Positions 36,719-39,389 of a stretch of 39,389 bases of DNA are shown in pieces; within the stretch, counting starts at the first letter, position 1; each line of letters begins with the position of its first letter. Source of the stretch: an uncultured Synechococcus sp. (GTDB lineage Bacteria; Cyanobacteriota; Cyanobacteriia; Phormidesmidales; Phormidesmidaceae). The position numbers were made by a program, and so were the translations under genes. The notes beneath the pieces were generated by a model, which saw nothing but the letters and a program-made list of their open reading frames with translations, had not been told where the DNA came from and did not search any database. The DNA lies in the NCBI GenBank assembly GCA_937911865.1, contig CALDSK010000140.1:1-39389 (forward strand). The letters are read 5' to 3'.

Positions 36719-37168
36719 ATGTCATTGAAAACACAGCAAAAAGTTGAGTTAGAAGATCAAGGGCAACTCAAAAACTGGTGGCAGACGGTTCCCGGTATTT
36801 TGGGCGGTATAGCAGCAGTTCTCACCGCAACTGCAACTCTTGTTGTCACGGTTTCACAAGCTGGATTGCTAGACCGAACACAAGGCGATACGAACCAGCC
36901 TCCCGAAGAGACTACGCGGTCATCAGTTACTCAACCACAATCAAAGATAGAAACACTCGCTCCGCTGGAAGTTGCTGCAACCGTCGTTGACCCAGATGGG
37001 TATACAAATATCAGAGCTAAGAAAGACATAGAGTCTCAGATTATATCCAGAGTCAATGCGGGTGCGATCGTCTATACGATTCCTCAGAATGGAGAGTGGT
37101 GGCCCGTAAGAACGCAAAGTGACAAGCACGGTTATATTCACGAGAGTAGAGTTACTCTAGACAAGTAA
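36719..37168 (+). CDS. Single-pass membrane protein with a C-terminal bacterial SH3-like domain
   Basis: TM helix WWQTVPGILGGIAAVLTATATLVVTV, then DPDGYTNIRAKKDIESQIISRVNAGAIVYTIPQNGEWWPVRTQSDKHGYIHESRV (SH3b pattern). Confidence 0.65.
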   Translation: MSLKTQQKVELEDQGQLKNWWQTVPGILGGIAAVLTATATLVVTVSQAGLLDRTQGDTNQPPEETTRSSVTQPQSKIETLAPLEVAATVVDPDGYTNIRAKKDIESQIISRVNAGAIVYTIPQNGEWWPVRTQSDKHGYIHESRVTLDK

Positions 37169-37828
37169 TAGAGCTGTTGCAAGATAAGTTACTAGAATAA
37201 ATTTTCGTTGCCTCCCAATTGTCCTGATGCTGGATATCAACCGTGTCTAAAAGAATGACCGTTTGATTCAAGCCAGTCATGGCTTGAATCTGGTTGCTTT
37301 CAATGAGTTGTTGCCTAATCTCAGTGCAGCTTACCCAACAACTCATTCGGCTTCTACCCAAATGACAAACGCCTGCTGGACTGTCTCACCAGAAAACGTA
37401 TGTGAGCAGTCTCGACGGTGAACAGAAAGAGGAGAATAAGGCATTCAACGGTGAGCGGGTTTTGATTGAATAGACGTTTAGCGGCATCAAATGCTACGAA
37501 GCAGCGGCAGGTATCTGTCGCAACTGTAAGCAAGACTTTGATGCCTGTCTGATGTTGACCTCAGCTAGATTATGGAGCTTCTACTTGCAAGCGGCACAAG
37601 AGACAAAGAGAACGAGAGAAACCCGAACGATTGCTCTTCCTTATTACTGGTACTATTTCGCAATAGCTCGAATACTTAACCTTTCGTCATTTCTATTTTT
37701 AGTGGACCTTTGTGCAGCTTTGTAGCATTTGGCTGGCTGCCTAAGATACTTCTAACAGTTAGAGCTATTGCTGGTGAAGCAATTCAACTAATAATAAATG
37801 TTCTAGTGCATAGGGACATTTGCCACAC

Positions 37829-37857
37829 AAAAAAAGGAGATGACAATTGTCATCTCC
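37829..37857 (-). terminator. Rho-independent terminator of the minus-strand gene 37905..38273
   Basis: 22-nt perfect palindrome GGAGATGACAATTGTCATCTCC (37836-37857), giving a 9-bp stem and 4-nt loop. On the minus strand it is followed directly by a run of seven T (37829-37835), about 50 nt after the stop codon. Confidence 0.75.
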
Positions 37858-37904
37858 CACCAAGGTGCGTCATAAGAATAATGTCAGTGCAATTTTGGCA
37901 ATAC

Positions 37905-38273
37905 CTATGCCATGACGGTATTGCCTGAGGCTGTCTGAGTCTTGCGGCGACGGCGCTCGCTCTGGCGAGTACCGCCCACCATTTCGTACTGGTTGCTGTC
38001 TTTTCCGTATTTCATTTTTACGCCAAGCAAAACATTTTCAGCTGCAACAGACAATTCTCTCTCCAACTGTTTTAGTTGGTTGGCCGACTCGTCAATTTTT
38101 GAGAGCATGGTGTTGTGAGCTTCCTGTTTTTGTCGAAACTCATTGACCCGCTTTTCAAACGATGCTGTGGTGAGGCCATGACCCAAGTCAACCTTGGGTC
38201 CGATGGATTTGAGCCCGGAGAGCCGATATTCAGACTTGGTCAAAATTGGAGACTGCTTTTTACGATGTCCCAT
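37905..38273 (-). CDS. Hypothetical protein (122 aa, coiled-coil centre, basic C-terminus)
   Basis: A clean ORF with its own terminator. The sequence ...LSVAAENVLLGVKMKYGKDSNQYEMVGGTRQSERRRRK suggests a small conserved family, but I cannot name it. Confidence 0.55.
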   Translation of the reverse strand: MGHRKKQSPILTKSEYRLSGLKSIGPKVDLGHGLTTASFEKRVNEFRQKQEAHNTMLSKIDESANQLKQLERELSVAAENVLLGVKMKYGKDSNQYEMVGGTRQSERRRRKTQTASGNTVMA

Positions 38274-38546
38274 AGTTGGAGCGTATTAGATTTAATAAGA
38301 TGTGGTCAAGATGCGAACAAAGGAACGCTGAGCCAGTTGGCACCATCAGCGGCTAAGCGGTTTTATTTTTGAGTTGATGGTGCTACTGGCAGTAGTCCTC
38401 TCGCTGACGTAAATATGCCCGAGAGCTGTGATAGAAAGAACAAGATTTTGTCAGGGTGACTACAGAGATTATTGTCCATCCGGAAAAGTAAGAACAAAAA
38501 TATCCGTAGAGTTTGCGAGTTAACGAGTAATATTTGTAACTTTGCA

Positions 38547-38870
38547 GAAGTGGATTGGCGATTTTGATCGTGGATCGACGATTTAAAGAACGAATTGACG
38601 ATCGTGAGGAGTTGATCAGCGATTTTGGAAGTGGTTTGGCGATCGTGAGGAGTTGATCAACGATCTTGGAAGTGGATTGGCGATCGCGAGGAGTTGATCG
38701 ACGATTTTGGAAGTTGATCAGCGATTCTGAAAGGTGAATTGGCGATCGTAAGGAATCGATTGGCGATCGCGGCATTAGATCGATGATTGCGAGGAGTCAA
38801 TCGTCGATCTGATGTAGTGAATTAAAGAGTGCGAAGAGTGGATCGGCGATCTGAAAATTTGATTGATATG
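38547..38870. repeat. Degenerate tandem array with a period of about 41 bp and HIP1-like cores (GGCGATCG)
   Basis: Units begin at 38547, 38588, 38628 and 38669 (for example GAAGTGGATTGGCGATCGCGAGGAGTTGATCGACGATTTTG). They decay into shorter TTGATCxxCGAT / GGCGATCG sub-repeats out to about 38870. There are no unique spacers. Confidence 0.8.
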
Positions 38871-38972
38871 GATTAACGGGCGATCGCGATAGGGCAATTA
38901 GGAATGCCGTTCTTCTATAGCGTTTTTCGCTTTTGCAGGATGTGAGCTGGCTAGGAGGGGGTGGGCCACAGG

Positions 38973-39389
38973 CTAGTCAGGTTGAAGCCAGGGCTGAGCA
39001 TCGCAGGCGGCCTTGGCGTCTCTGCCAATGTTGATGGCTTCTTCGTCCAAGAAGGGGAGGGTTTCTGGTGCGGTTAGGAGGGGGTGGTACTTTAGGCGAT
39101 CGCAGGCAAGGCGCATCCACCCAGGCCAGTTGCCTTCCCAAATGCGCACCGTTTGGTCATCACTGCCACTGACGATACGCTGTCCATCGGGGCTGATCGC
39201 CACGGACCAGACCGGACCCGTATGTCCCTGCAGCGGCTGTCCAATGGGTTCACCGGTCTGGGCATTCCAAATGCGTACCGTTTGGTCCGCACTGCCACTG
39301 ACGATGCGCTGACCATCGGGGCTCACCGCCACGGACCAGACCCCATCCGTATGTCCCTGCAGTGGCTGCCCAATGGGCTCACCGGTCTG
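38973..39389 (-). CDS. WD40-repeat protein, C-terminal part (gene continues beyond the window end)
   Basis: Repeated ...GHTGPVWSVAISPDGQRIVSGSxDQTVRIW(N/E)... blades. The frame is open to the last base of the window (QTGEPIGQPLQGHTDGVWSVAVSPDGQ). Confidence 0.85.
   Translation of the reverse strand, partial: QTGEPIGQPLQGHTDGVWSVAVSPDGQRIVSGSADQTVRIWNAQTGEPIGQPLQGHTGPVWSVAISPDGQRIVSGSDDQTVRIWEGNWPGWMRLACDRLKYHPLLTAPETLPFLDEEAINIGRDAKAACDAQPWLQPD

Noticed and set aside
37152-37361. 69-aa minus-strand ORF, and the fragmentary region up to 37700, as a possible transposase or gene remnant
   Set aside because: I could recognise no DDE, HTH or other family motif. It overlaps the SH3 gene 3' end. 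I leave it unannotated rather than guess.
38383-38775. 130-aa minus-strand ORF
   Set aside because: It lies almost entirely on the 41-bp tandem array. Its translation is low-complexity and periodic (RSPI…RRST…), which is what a repeat read in frame produces. I saw no start context or recognisable domain.
38547-38870. Possible CRISPR array
   Set aside because: The repeats are directly adjacent and degenerate, with no unique spacers of constant length. No cas genes or leader are nearby.

Overview
This looks like a cyanobacterial chromosomal window: the HIP1 octamer GCGATCGC recurs throughout genes and spacers. I recognised no rRNA, tRNA, CRISPR array or transposase. It falls into four blocks.

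(1) 1-7.7 kb is a decaying two-partner-secretion locus. It holds a ShlB/FhaC-type TpsB gene and a vapBC toxin-antitoxin pair. The roughly 1,100-aa TpsA-like exoprotein gene is broken by a 4-nt tandem duplication. A C-terminal CHAT-domain remnant and an HExxH metalloprotease-like gene complete the block.

(2) 7.8-12.1 kb is housekeeping: an alpha/beta hydrolase, a GH13 glycosidase, a YjbQ-family protein and a delta-9 desaturase.

(3) 12.9-36.2 kb starts with a HupE/UreJ-like membrane gene carrying an in-frame TAG. A tightly coupled, co-directional orphan NRPS cluster follows:
- ornithine cyclodeaminase, acyl-CoA-dehydrogenase-like oxidase, stand-alone adenylation enzyme and small carrier protein
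- C-A(PP-loop insert)-T-E
- C-A(truncated after motif A8)
- GT1 glycosyltransferase and Stf0-type sulfotransferase
- (A9-A10 tail)-T-E-C-T-TE
- a second glycosyltransferase and a second sulfotransferase

The most unusual features are in this cluster. Both in-line adenylation domains are interrupted at the same A8/A9 loop. The first is interrupted in cis by a zinc-ribbon PP-loop ATPase domain. The second is physically split, with two complete tailoring genes lying between its halves. The last module has no A domain, and its TE reads GHCFG at the nucleophile elbow. Module 1 also carries an in-frame TAA.

(4) 36.2-39.4 kb is an AT-rich flank with an SH3-domain membrane protein, a hypothetical gene with a clean terminator, a degenerate 41-bp tandem array and the 3' end of a WD40-repeat gene.

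Short tandem duplications of 4, 12, 14, 15, 16, about 21 and 41 nt recur across the window, both in spacers and in frame inside genes.
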